Of a DNA stretch of 64,000 bases, positions 50,850 through 62,919 are shown piece after piece. Within the stretch, counting starts at the first letter, position 1. Every line of letters starts with the position of its first letter. The position numbers and the translations under genes were made by a program. Source of the stretch: Mobula hypostoma (taxonomy: Eukaryota); the NCBI RefSeq assembly GCF_963921235.1, contig NC_086110.1:51274001-51338000 (forward strand), read 5' to 3'. The notes beneath the pieces were generated by a model that was given only the letters and a program-made list of their open reading frames with translations, searched no databases and was not told the DNA's origin.

Positions 50850-52984
50850 CACAATTGTCATTCATGAGGCCTCCTGGGGCTATATACTGTAGCTTTCTTT
50901 TGTTCAAGGAGCTTGCCCACCAGTTAGAGCCTTTCAATGTGCAGTAGTGGTTGGACCCTTGACTGTTAGAGTAGTACTGTGGGAATATTCCACTGGTCAT
51001 TTTTTTGGTAACATCAAATTGTTGAGAAAGTTATTCTCTTAATATTTCCATTACTTCAAGTTTTGAAGCTGTATAGAAGTACAAGGCAAGTTCTTGCATG
51101 TGTTGAGTGAGAGAATATCGCAGATTGGTTAAAGCCTTGTTACTTTGTAAGGACTTCAATCAGTACACAAAGCTTCCTGGGTTGCAAATCGTGCTAGGTG
51201 ATTGTGCATAATGTTAAATATAAATTGATGGCATTGACTGGAGTGTGAGATATAGGGATAGGAACCCAAAATAAAACCCTGATCAAAAGTAAGAGATAAT
51301 CTGAAGCATTTGTTTTAAACAAATCATCTGAGGGGTAAACAGAATGTGTTGAGGTCTGGAACAGAAATAGCACACATCGCCGTGCTGCCTTTATCTGTTT
51401 TACTATCACTCTTAATGTGGTCTTGAAAAAATCCCACTTTTCTGCCAGTTCCCCATTAACCGCTGGAGCAACTTGTTTGCTTTTGAAAGCAATGTTTGTC
51501 AATTATACTCCCAGTCTATGATGCGTGGCTCAATAACTTATTCTAATCTTTTGCCAAAAGCTGTATAGTAAATGAAAGCATGTTTCTTTGTACAGAAAAT
51601 ACTGTACTAGTGAGTGATGCAATGCTTAACAGGCTTTTTCATAACTAAATTCTCTTTTCTAGTATTATAGCATATTATATTTACCTATGGTATAAATTAA
51701 GTTTGCCACTAACTTTGATTGCATTCATTGACTCAGTAGGTATCCGTGGCTCACAGATTCATGGACCCGTGAAAACAAATTCATCCTCCTCTCAAATTGG
51801 TTAAATTGCTCTAGATTATCCCATCTATCCTATCAAGTACTCTCAAATCCAAAATATGTTTGTTCTTATAAACTCCTCTGAACAAAGTCTCAATAAGTGC
51901 CATAGAAATCCTTCATCCCAGGAATCAGTCTAGGTAAACCTTTTCTGGACTTTCCCCAGTGCAAACATACCCTCTTTGAACGAAATGAAAACTGTACCTG
52001 TACCTTTACTTGCTTTTTGCATGATTGTAGCAAGTCAAATGTAATAGTCTTCTTTCACTAGTCCTCGTTCCACTTGCCTTCCACATTAGTGACTGTATTT
52101 AAACGCAGTTTTGATGAAAGGTCATCAAGTAGAAATGCAAGGTTTCCCTGTACATTTGCAGTGTGACCTGCAGTGTTTTTCCAGCCTTTTCCAATTCTAT
52201 TATATATACATTTACAGATTCTATATCTTCACAATTTCTATACATTTTCTTCCTTCATCCAAGTCAGTTGTATTACAGTATATGTCGTTGTTGCTCCAGC
52301 ACTGAACTCTATGGTACCAGACATTATGACTTGCAACCTGAAAATGATCTATTTATCCTATCTTTTCGCTGGGCTAGTTGATCCTTTATTTGGGCTAATA
52401 TGTTATCCCCATTATATATTATATTATATAATAACTGCTTTTGTGTGAAACCTCACTGAGTGCCTTTTGGAAATCCGAACGCATGACAGCTACTGATTTT
52501 GTCTTTATCCATCCTTGCAGCATTTTCCCAGTAACTGCTTCCCTTCTTTCTTGTTTTATTTATACATTCTCAATCCACAGGTATTTTTCCAGTATCTAGA
52601 AAATTATGTAAGATCTCAGACAATCATTATTTTTTGGAATGTAGGTAATTAGATTCAGGGACATTATCAGCCTTTACTCCCATAAGATTATCTAACATTT
52701 CCTTCCCAAATTACTGGAATCTTTTCAGTGTCTTCTACCAAGAAGAGACATAAAATTTTTGCTCTGCTGTTTCCTTACTGCCATCCTCTAAAAAACATTT
52801 ACTTTACTAAGTGTATTTTAACAAGCTATTGCTGATTGAACTTATGTTGTTACTTTCTCTGTTCAAGAAAATGAGAATTTTTTAGTTTTTGACAAATTAA
52901 CAATTCATAACTGTAAACATAAATTATTTTAAAATTAATTGTGTTCTTTCCTTACTCAGCTCAGGGTATTTACATTAAATTAAA

Positions 52985-53290
52985 GGCATCTGTTAGTCTT
53001 GTGGGACCATGGATCTGCGCCTGGAAAGTCTTCACTCTCCAGGGCGCAGGCCTGGGCAAGTTTGTATGGAAGACCAGCAGTTGCCCATGCTGCAAGTTTC
53101 CCCTCTCCATGACACCAATGTTGTCCAAGGGAAGGGCATTAGGACCCATACAGCTTGGCACCAGTGCCATCGCAGAGCGATGTGTGATTAAGTGCCTTGC
53201 TCAAGGACACAACACGTTGCCTCGGCTGGGGCTCGAACTCACGACCTTCAGGTAACTAGTCCAATGCCTTAACCACTTGGCCACGTGCAT
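52985..53290 (-). mobile_element. Young tRNA-derived SINE, copy 2
   Basis: Near-identical to 32728-33022; flanking GTATTTACAT direct repeat. Confidence 0.9.
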
Positions 53291-54144
53291 ATGTATTTAC
53301 ATATGCACCCACAAATAAAGAAGACACTTCACATGTATTCAACCACAAGAAAACACTTTATGAGAACTAGCACAAATGTTATGCTGAAAGAAAAACAAAT
53401 GTCTCCAATAGTTCACCAGCAACTTTTATGTGTGTTGCTTGTCTCCAGTAGTAGCAGTACGGAAATCGTAACAATACTTATTATTCACTAGCAAGTCAAC
53501 GTCTGCAATGTCAGAGGGGGCACAGATCGAGAATCTCACGAGCAGCCTGTTTTATCTTTCTGTCTCTAAGTCTGCCTAACTCTATCTTGATGTACTGTAC
53601 TGTTCCCTACCTCAGCACCAGCTGTGATCCAACCTAAGCCAAAACTCTCCTCCCCACTGCACAAAGAAAGTGCACCTTTTTATACCCTTGAAAACCCCTT
53701 GCACTGGTTTGGTGGTAGCAGCTGCACCCGCCCCCACCACCCCACTTCCTTATCTCTTATGACCTTCAGGCCAGACAAAAGCAGTTTTCACCACTTTCCA
53801 CTATTACGGTTGTAGACTTGTACTTCCTTGACTTTCTCAAAGCATTGCTGTGGACTTGTTCTCTTGTACTTTCCAAAACAATTCCACTCCAAGCTAACGG
53901 CACTTTGTCCTACAGACTTCCATTTTATTTTAGCATATACCAAGGAGGAACATTTATCTTTTTCCTTACAATAACTAACTGAAATTGGGAAATATTGTAT
54001 TGGCTTTTCTAAAAGTTAGATTCAGGGTATAGTATACCCGTATTTCCAAAACCCAGTTAAGAACTAAGGACATAAGCTTTCTTTAGTTTAGTTTTGAAAA
54101 GAAAGATGGTTGTTTATCAAGAAATTCGACTAATTTGATTCAAA

Positions 54145-54755
54145 GATCAAAGTACATAAAAGTCACCATATACAGCCCTAAGATTCAATTTCTTGTGGAA
54201 GTACTCAGCAAATCTATAGAATAGTCCACTGATGGCCCATGGATTTTTGATTTCTTCCTCTTGGAGTCAATAATCAGCTGTTTGGTTTCATTGATGTTGA
54301 GTGAGAAGTTATTGTTGAGGCACCATTCAACCGGATTTTCAATTTCCCTCCTATATGCCAATTCGTCACCACCTTTGATTCTGCCAGTAACAGCGGTGTC
54401 ATGAGCAAACTTATATATAGTACTGGTGTTGTACTTAGCCTCACAGTCATAAATACAACGCGAGTGGAGCAGGGAGCAGAGCACACAGCTTTATGGTGCA
54501 CCTGTGCTGATGGCGATTGTGGAGGAGATATAGTTGCCAATAAAAACTGACTGGGGTCTGCAAGTGAGGAAATCAAAAATCCAGTTGCACAAGGAGGTAT
54601 CAACGTCTAGGTCTTGGAGATTATTGATTAATTTCGAGGAGATGACAGTGCTGAATACTGAGCTGTAGCCAATATTGAGCATCCTGAAGAATGTATCTTC
54701 ACTGTCAGATGTTCCAGGGCCGAGTGAAGAGTCAATGAAATGGCATCTGCTATTG
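54145..54755 (-). mobile_element. Rex1/Babar RT fragment
   Basis: LCNWIFDFLTCRPQSV..ISTGAP; IYKFAHDT..WCLNNNFSLNINETK. Confidence 0.8.
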
Positions 54756-55422
54756 TCTTTATTATTGAAAAAGATTCCATTATTAATAAGGGTTAGTCAG
54801 TAATTTTATTTCCATAAATTTAGAGTTACGTTAGTTATTTAAGTGTGAATACTTTTTGCCTTAGAGTGAATTTTATTCACTTGCAAGAAATGCATACAGT
54901 GACATGGGCATAAAAGGTCTTTATACTGCAGCAAACTTACACTTTAAATGTTACCTAAAATATTGTGCGTTGGCATCAGCAACATACAGAAAGGAAACTA
55001 ATCTGATATTTAATCATCCTTTCCTATTTCATAACTTTAATTAATTCTTTTCAATACAATGATGATGACCAATCTCACTTAAACATAAATTGATTATTGC
55101 TCTCAATTTCTTCATGACTCATTTTATCGACATGTTAATTCACACATTCAGATATGGATTTAGAATTCTTCAACAATAGTTTATTTGCACAACTGCATTT
55201 CAATAGACCAAAGTCAGGACACACGTATAGAACAGTACCTATCTTAAAGCTTTGGTATCCATGCAGTACTTCTCAGTTATATTGATAAACAAAGAAAATA
55301 GGTATTTAATTTACACAAACACTAAACAGAACTACTGCTGCTTTTATACATCTTTACAAGGAACTGAATTTTCAAGTTAATTGGAAAAATGAAATTTTAT
55401 ATATTTTTTACAAAATTCAGTT

Positions 55423-55586
55423 TTAATTTAATTTCCGATGAAACCTTGTCTTCCAGCCTTTCTTGCTCTCTCCTTCAGAAGACATCTTGGAATCTGTAAT
55501 AGCTTTTTCTGATGCAGATGTAACTACAATTGTAGGAATACTTGCTTTACTCTGTTTTCCGCTCTCGTTTGAAGATGGGTAGTTAT
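55423..55586 (-). CDS. SPATA33: SPATA33 last coding exon (PxIxIT-type calcineurin-docking motif)
   Basis: Acceptor CTGTTTAG|AT, phase 1. Reads (D)NYPSSNESGKQSKASIPTIVVTSASEKAITDSKMSSEGESKKGWKTRFHRKLN*. IPTIVVTSASEKAI aligns with mammalian V/IPQIIITRASNETL. Syntenic position between CDK10 and CHMP1A. Confidence 0.78.
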
Positions 55587-56841
55587 CTAAACAGATTCAA
55601 GAAGATATAACAAGGACCAAAGTATTACAATAATATTTAAGAAATTTCCTCAAGCTTATTCCACTATGTACTTAATTAATAGCTAATTTGTATTTTAGCT
55701 TTCTTTTACCTGCCATATAATTGAAATACCTCTGGCTACAAAATTATCAACCTGCTTTAAAATTTCTTTTTTTTGGCCTGATGAAGGGTATGTGTGGTGG
55801 GTTCAGAGCCAGGGAATGCAATTTTAAGTCCTGAAATGCTCCAGGACATTTCAGCCTTAATGCTAAATGTAGTGCTACCTAACTCTGAACAAAACTCTTC
55901 AACCGATCAGGTTCTACAATATTCATTCACCACTTTTAAACATCAATTATTTCATTCAGAACATCTGACAGGAATCTGAAAGAACATGCTGTCAGGGCAA
56001 TTACTTAATTGTGACAGAAGTGAAGCAGTTTGATTCTTTAAAGTCTGGTTCATCATATGAAGAGAGATCAAGGTAACCGAGACTATACTCTCGAGCGTCT
56101 GAAAAATAAGAGATGGTCTTATTGAAAAATATGAAAGCTTATGGAACTTCACAGTGGAGTTACACAATTGATACTCCTCCTGGACTGGGGTGTCCAGAAA
56201 CAAGTTTCATCATGTCAAGGAAAGCAGATGGCCTCTCAGGAGAGAGAAATAACATTTCTTCATCTGGACAGGAAGAGAACGAAGGAATCCAGTCACTGAC
56301 TACATTCAAAGCCGAGATTGGTGCACTGTTAGAAATTAAGGCCATCAAAGCAGTCAAGAATTAGTGGAGAAAAGTGACACTGAAGTAAAAAGCAGAGCGG
56401 GTATGGGGAGCCTATTCCTGCTTCTGTTTCTTTGTTTTTATATGAATGTATTCCTTCTCTTCATTTTACCTACCAAAATGTATCTCTTCACACTTCTAAA
56501 TTAAATATAATCTGCAATGTGTCATTCTATTCCACTAGCCTTCTGCGAACATGGTTTATTGCTACTCTCTTTTTTAAACATTGAATTAAATTGCATTTAT
56601 TTCTGGGTCTAAAATGTCTGTTCCTTTATTGGATTTTGGATGTATTGTTGCAGTAAAACAAATCCTGAACAGAACATGAAGGTTTTTGATGAAGCTTACG
56701 ACACATCAAGCTCCAAATGACAGGATTTTCATTGACCTGATGCCTGATAGTTACTGACATCAGTCAAGGGGAAATCTGCACTACAGATGATTGGATTTTT
56801 GTGAGAAGCTTTCTGTGAGGGTTACAACAAATTACACAAAT

Positions 56842-57455
56842 TCACCACCGTTTGGCTAAAGAAATTTCTCTGCATCTCTGTTTTGAAAGGGTGCCCCCTG
56901 CTATCCTGAGGTTATGCCCTCTTGCCCTAGACTCTCCCACCATGGGAAAAAGCCTTTCCACATCTACTCTGTCTAAGCCTTTCAACATTCGACAGATTTC
57001 AGTGAGATCCCCCCTCATCCTTCTGAATTCCAGCAAGTACAGACCCAGAGCCATCAAACATTCCTCGTATGATAACCCTTTCATTCCTGGAATCATCCTT
57101 GTGAACCTCCTCTGAACCCTCTCCAATGCCAGCACATCTTTTCTAAGATGAGGGATCCAAAACAGTTCATAATACTCCAGGTGAGGCCTTACCAGTGCTT
57201 TATAGAGCCTCAGCATCACCCCCTTGCTCTTGTATCCTAGACCTCTTGAAATGAATGCTAACATGGCATTTGCCTTCCTCACCACTGACTCAACCTTTAA
57301 GTTAACCTTTAGGATGTTCTGCACAAGGACTCCAAACTCCCTTTGCATTTCAGATTTTTGGATTTTCTCCCCGAGTAGAAAATAATCCGCACGTTTATTT
57401 CTACTACCAAAGTACATGACCATGCATTTTCCAACATTGCATTTCATTTGCCAGT
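56842..57455 (-). mobile_element. CR1 ORF2 C-terminal fragment
   Basis: KANAMLAFISRG..LYKALVRPHLEY..LERVQRRFTRMIPG. Confidence 0.9.
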
Positions 57456-58264
57456 TTCGATTATGACTTCAAAACCTGGGCTATAATCTTTGTTTCTCTC
57501 TGCTCATGGATACTGCTTGACTTGCTGAGTATTTTCAGTGCTTTCTGTAAGACAATACATACAAATGATTGCTAGGGAATACTTGTGTTGTTTCGTTCAT
57601 TCAGAACTGTGATTCAGAAGTGTTTTGTTGTGCAAGTTAACAATAACCTTTTAAGTCAATTCTCTAATGTAGATGCTTACAAATTGTTGTGAATGTACCC
57701 ACTGGGTTACGCAGAACATATGAATGGTGGCTAGAGAAAGATTACTAACAGAAATCCTTTCATGCTCTTCAGCACTGACACAAGGTAGATATGACACAAA
57801 CTGATGACTTTGTTCATTTCCACGGGTGCTGCCTAACCTGCTGAGTTCTTCTGGCATTTTGTGTATGTTGGTTTGGATTTCTTGTGTTTAAGTGGATATT
57901 GCCTGGGATGGAGCTTTTCAGTTTTAAGGAGAGACTGGAGAGGCAAGGTCTGCTTTCCCCAAAGCAGAAGAGGTTAAGAGGAACATTATTAAGGTATCTT
58001 TGGTGTCAGTAGACTGTAAGAAGTGTTTCCCATATCAGAGGTAGGCAAAATTATAGGGCTGATTTGGGGTAAGTGGTAATAGGTTTAGGGTGGCGGGTAA
58101 GAAGTTTAGAGAAGATCCAAGGGTTTTTTTTTACTCAGAGAGTGATGTATACCTGGAAAGCACTGCCTGAGAGAGTGCTGGAAGCAGAGTCACTGATAGA
58201 GTTCTTTTCACAGAGCCAATGAGCACTTCTAGATTCAAATGCTCATCCAGAGGTTTGGAGAGGA

Positions 58265-59035
58265 CAAAGGAAATCACTGTGGACAAGGAAGATGCAGACC
58301 AACCATCCCCCTCTGCCAATACATGGCTCCTCCAAAGAGAGAGTTAAGTGCACCAAGTTCTTGGGAGTTCACTCACAGATTATCTCACCTGGTTTCTTAA
58401 TATCACCTCCCTGAACAAGAAGGCACAGCAAACAGCGCCTCGACTTCCGAAGAAGATTGTGGTAAGTCAGGCTCCCAGCCCTTACCTTCACTGCGTTTTA
58501 CAGGAGCAGCATCAAGAGCATCCTGACAAGTTGCATCACCATCTAGTACAGGAACAGTCAAGCATTGGACCCCTGGTCTCTACAAAAGTGTGAGAACAGC
58601 TGAGAGGATCATAAGGGTTTCTTTCCCAGCCAGTGTGGACATTTATCAGGAGCGCTGCATTTGCAGGGCCCTTAGTATTATTAAGGATCCCACCCATCCA
58701 ACCAGCATCCTCTTTGACTTTCTAAAATCATACAGGAGATTATGATGCATAAAATCAAGAACGGTCAGGATGAGAAACAGTTTCTTCCCCTCAGGCCATT
58801 AGGCTTCTGAACTCCCTGCCGCAGGTATGTCAGGGCTAATCTGTTCCATACCTTACAATATTTAACATTAATGCACTGCAGTTTGTTATTTTATGTGTGC
58901 TTCACCTGTGGATTTTATCCTTATCTTCATGTTATCGTGTGTAATTTGTTTTTACACCCTGTTTCAAAGAAACGTTGGCTCGTTTGTACATTCATTATAA
59001 ACGTTATATACATGCAGTTAATGACAATAAGCTTG
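58265..59035 (+). mobile_element. Old Rex1/Babar 3' fragment
   Basis: Degenerate KFLG..KKAQQ..ILTSCIT; tail ..GACAATAAGCTTGA. Confidence 0.65.
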
Positions 59036-59103
59036 ATAAAAGGAGAAATCGTTTTGTACATCTGAAATAGGCGATGGGAACTAAATGCTTGTCAGATTTT
59101 TAC

Positions 59104-59137
59104 CCATATTTTCCGTGTTGCTGCTTCCGGTACCCAT
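59104..59137 (-). CDS. SPATA33: SPATA33 first coding exon (predicted)
   Basis: ATG GGT ACC GGA AGC AGC AAC ACG GAA AAT ATG G|GTAAAA gives MGTGSSNTENM. Phase 1 matches exon 55423-55586. MGxxxS start resembles mouse MGQSKS. Divergent from CHMP1A. Confidence 0.62.
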
Positions 59138-59328
59138 GGACAAAAGATGATACCCTGGAGCCCAAACCGCTCCACTGTTTGGGTAACTGTGTGACGCAAT
59201 CCGTGACGCGAATCATATGACGGGTTCTCCGCCTTGATGACGTCACGCGACTTCGCGCGAGAGTTGGAGCGGCCGGTTGACGGAAAGAGGCAGCGAGTCT
59301 GGGTAACTGGTACGGCAGCCCGGAGACC
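59138..59328. promoter_or_regulatory. Bidirectional CpG-island promoter for SPATA33/CHMP1A with CRE cluster
   Basis: Full CRE TGACGTCA at 59238-59245 plus TGACG half-sites at 59192, 59204, 59218 and 59278. CpG-dense at about 59110-59560. Confidence 0.75.
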
Positions 59329-59335
59329 ATGGACG
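59329..59335 (+). CDS. CHMP1A: CHMP1A first coding micro-exon (ATG GAC G); the remaining exons were not seen in the window
   Basis: Kozak GAGACCATGG, then ATGGACG|GTAAGG. As I recall, human CHMP1A starts MDD with a 7-nt coding first exon and lies head-to-head with SPATA33. Confidence 0.75.
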
Positions 59336-59742
59336 GTAAGGCTTCTTCTTGGGCTGAGCTGGGAGCCAGACTCGGCGAATAGGCGGTGCGCGTTTCCTTT
59401 TTTCACCCATTGGCCAACTGGAGTCGGGCGACCGGTGCCCGGAGCCGAGACCCTGAACCGGGCCCCGTCGGGCTTGTTGGTGCCGGTCGCCAGCCGGGTT
59501 TGGGGTTGTACATCGGAAGGGGCACTTGGGACCCATGCAGGTGCGGCAGGAGGAGTCGGGAGGTGCTTCCTCCTGACATCCAATTGAAAGGGAAGCTAGG
59601 GGAGGTGGTTGGCAGTGCTTCCTTAAGGCTGAGTTTCAGGAAGCAGAGCATTGAAATGACCCATGTTTGTAAAGTGCACTCCTCTTATTCAAGACATTCC
59701 AAAGTATTTGTCATTGAAGGAATCGAATATGAAGTGTAGCCT

Positions 59743-61568
59743 CACACATAAAAATTGCTGGTGAATGCAGCAGGCCAGACAGCATCTATAGGAAGAGGTA
59801 CAGTCGACGTTTCAGGCCGAGCCCCTTCGTCAGGACTAAATGAAAGAAGAGATAGTAGGAGATTTGAAAGTGGGAGGGTGAGGGGGAGATCCAAAATGAT
59901 AGGAGAAGACAGGTGGATGGAGCCAAGAGCTAGACAGTTGATTGGCAAAAGGGATATGAGGCTGGAGAAGGGAGAAGATCATGGGATGGGAGGCCTAGGG
60001 AGAAAGAAAGTGGGAGGGGGGAAGCCCAGAAGATGGGCAAGGAGTATAGTGAGAGGGACAGAGGGAGAAAAAGAGAGAGGAAAAAAAATAATAATAAATA
60101 AATAAATAACGCATGGGGTACGAAGGTGAGATGGGGCATTAGCGGAAGTTTGAGAAGTCAATGTTCATGCCATCAGGTTGGAGGCTACCTAGACGGAGTA
60201 TAAGGTGTTGTTCCTCCAACCTGAGTGTGGCTTTATTTTGACAGTACAGGAGGCCGTGGATAGACATATCAGAATGGGAATGGGACTGGGACATGGAATT
60301 AAAATGTGTGGCCACTGGGAGATCCTGCTTTCTCTGGCGGACAGAGCGTAGGTGTTCAGCGAAACGGTCTCCCGGCTTGCATCGGGTCTCATCATTATAT
60401 AGAAGGCCGCATCGGGAGCACCAGACGCAGTGTATCACCCCAGCGGACTCACAGGTGAAGTGTGACCCCTCACCTGGAAGGACTGTCTGGGGCCCTGAAT
60501 GTTGGTGAGGGAGGAAGTGTAAGGGCATGTGTAGTACTTGTTCCGCTTACAAGGGTAAGTGCCGGGAGAGAGATCAGTGGGGAGGGATGGGGGGTACGAA
60601 TGGACAAGGGAGTCGCGTAGGGAACCATCCCTGCAGAAAGCAGGGTGGGGGGGGAAGGGAAAGATGTGCTTAGTGGTGGGATTCCGTTGGAGGTGGCGGA
60701 AGTTACAGAGAATAATATGTTGGACCTGGAGGCTGGTGGGGTGGTAGGTGAGGACCAGGGGAACCCTATTCCTAGTGGGGTGGCGGGAGGATGGGGTGAG
60801 AGCGTGAAATGGGAGAGATGTGTTTGAGAGCAGAGTTGATGGTGGAGGAAGGGAAGCCCCTTTCTTTAAAAAAGGACATCTCCTTCATTCTGGAATGAAA
60901 AGCTTCATCCTGAGAGCAGATGTGGTGGAGACGGAGGAATTGTGAGGAGGGGATGGTATTTTTGCATGAGACGGTGAAAAGCAGGATTTCCCAGTGGCCA
61001 CACATTTTAATTCCATGTCCCATTCCCATTCTGGTATGTCTACTCACGGCCTCCTCTACTGTCAAGATGAAGCCACACTCAGATTGGAGGAACAACACCT
61101 TATATTCCGTCTGGGTAGCCTCCAACCTGATGGCATGAACATTGACTTCTCTAACTTCCGTTAATGCCCCACCTCCCCCTCGTACCCCATCCGTTACTTT
61201 TTATTATTATTTTCCTCCTCCCCCTCCCTCTGGGCTTCCCCCCTCCTTTTTTTCTCCCTCAGCCTCCCATCCCATGATCTTCTCATATCCTTTTGCCAAT
61301 CAACTTTCCAGCTCTTGACTCCATCCCTCCTCCTCCTCCTATCATTTTGGATCCATCCCTCCTCTTCCTGTCTTCTATCATTTTGGATCTCCCGCTCCCT
61401 CTCCCACTTTCAAATCTCGTACTATCTCTTCTTTCAGTTAGTCCTGACGAAGGGTCTCAGCCCAAAACGTCAACAGTACCTCTTCCTATAGGTGCTGCCT
61501 GGCCTGCTGCGTTCACCAGCAATCTTTATGTGTGTTGCTTGAAATTCCAGCATTTGCAGATTTCCTCG
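59743..61568. mobile_element. Penelope-like element, inverted structure, GIY-YIG C-terminus and pLTRs
   Basis: 13-bp TSD TGAAGTGTAGCCT at 59730-59742 and 61569-61581. ORF 60139..60528(-) reads HFTCESAGVIHCVWCSRCGLLYNDET..RFAEHLRS..VATHFNS..LGSLQPDGMNIDFSNF. Inverted partial copy at 60975-61568. Confidence 0.93.
59802..59837 (-). ncRNA. Minimal type-I hammerhead ribozyme motif (Penelope-associated)
   Basis: - strand AGUC CUGACGA A GGGGCUCGGCCU GAAA CGUC GACU. Confidence 0.7.
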
Positions 61569-62227
61569 TGAAGTGTAGCCTATTTTTTTTTCAGCCAGTA
61601 CTGGTGGCCAACTTTGCACAACAATATCAGCACCACTGTCTTCAAATTTCTCTCCAACTCACATGCTATTTCTATACTGCTGGCTCTCAATAGATGAACT
61701 CCCTCCTCAGTAGTCAGTTACTATCATTTCACTGTGCACTGTAGCAATTCAAGGAGGTGGATTACCGTGTCCCTCTTGGAATTCAGTTAGGGAATGATAC
61801 TAAATTGCTGGTCTTGATGCTTTTGTTCTGGGAATAATTAAAAATAAGAGAAGACCAAATAATATGTGCAGATTTGGAGAGGATGTCATCCATGCCTTTT
61901 GAGAGATGTGATGAACGCAGAAACCTGATCATTTTTAAATTGGAGTAGATAAACGTGTGGATCAATGGGCATGTGGAGTTGATGTTCTGATCAGACCAAA
62001 TTTCTGTTGCTGTTTGTAAGGAATTTGTACATTCTCCCTGGGACTGCATTGGTTTCCTCTCAGTGCTGCAGTTTCCCCCTACAGTTCAAAGACGTACCAG
62101 TTAGATCGCTGTAAATGGTCCTGTGACTTAGGCTAGGTTTAAATCGGGGAATTGCAGGGTGGTGTGGCTTGAAGGAGGAGAAGGGCCTATTCTGTGCTGT
62201 ATCTCAATAAGTAAATAAAATGTCTGA

Positions 62228-62535
62228 GCATCCGTTAGTCTTGCGAGACCATGGATCTGTGCCTGGAAAGTCTTCACACTCCATGGCACAGGCCTGGGCA
62301 AGGTTGTATGGAAGACCAGCAGTTGCCCATGCTGCAAGTCTCCCCTCTCCACGACACCAATGTTGTCCAAGGGAAGGGCATTAGGACCCATACAGCTTGG
62401 CACCAGTGTCGTCGCAGAGCAATATGTGATTAAGTGCCTTGCTCAAGGACACAACATGTTGCCTCGGCTGGGGCTCGAACTCACGACCTTCGGGTCGCTA
62501 GTCCGATGCCTTAACCACTTGGCTACATGCCCACT
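62228..62535 (-). mobile_element. Young tRNA-derived SINE, copy 3
   Basis: Near-identical to the other two copies; flanking TGTCTGAGCA direct repeat (62221-62230, 62538-62547). Confidence 0.9.
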
Positions 62536-62919
62536 GGTGTCTGAGCAGACTGGTGGGTTAGTGGCTGACTGCTACAAATTATCCCGTTTGAAAACTTCCA
62601 TTGTTTATATGACCTATGGGAGAAAATTACATGTTACTTTAGAAAGGCAGCACTTTCAACAATGCAGTGCCACCTCAAGTGGCACTGTTAATGTAAATGA
62701 ATTCCGTGAAGGGTTGAAAATTGAGGTATGAATGCACTGTGGTTCAAGAAAAGCTGACTGCAAAATTGGCAATTTATGTTATTAACACAGTAACATTGAG
62801 AACTTGTGCCAAACCCAAAATACCATCTGCAAATCTGGTTGCCAAATCATCAAGAGAAAATGAAGTCATTGCAAAGATAAGTTATAAGGATGAAAGGAGA
62901 AATTAAGGGAAATGCATCA

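Noticed and set aside
51194-51502. 102-aa - strand ORF in unique sequence between CDK10 and SPATA33
   Set aside because: Non-ATG start, no recognisable domain and no convincing splice partners.
56160-56263. Phase-1 acceptor (TTCTCTTCCTGTCCAG|AT) giving an alternative SPATA33 exon DEEMLFLSPERP..VSIV*
   Set aside because: No homology, no compatible donor, an early stop, and the acceptor abuts a CR1 3' remnant. Unsupported without RNA data.
57681-57774. Candidate middle exon of SPATA33 (AG..GTAAGC)
   Set aside because: 94 nt, so not frame-preserving, and no similarity to SPATA33.
59092-59739. Several overlapping 76-163 aa ORFs
   Set aside because: Expected by-product of stop-poor GC-rich CpG-island sequence. 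Only the micro-exons are supported.
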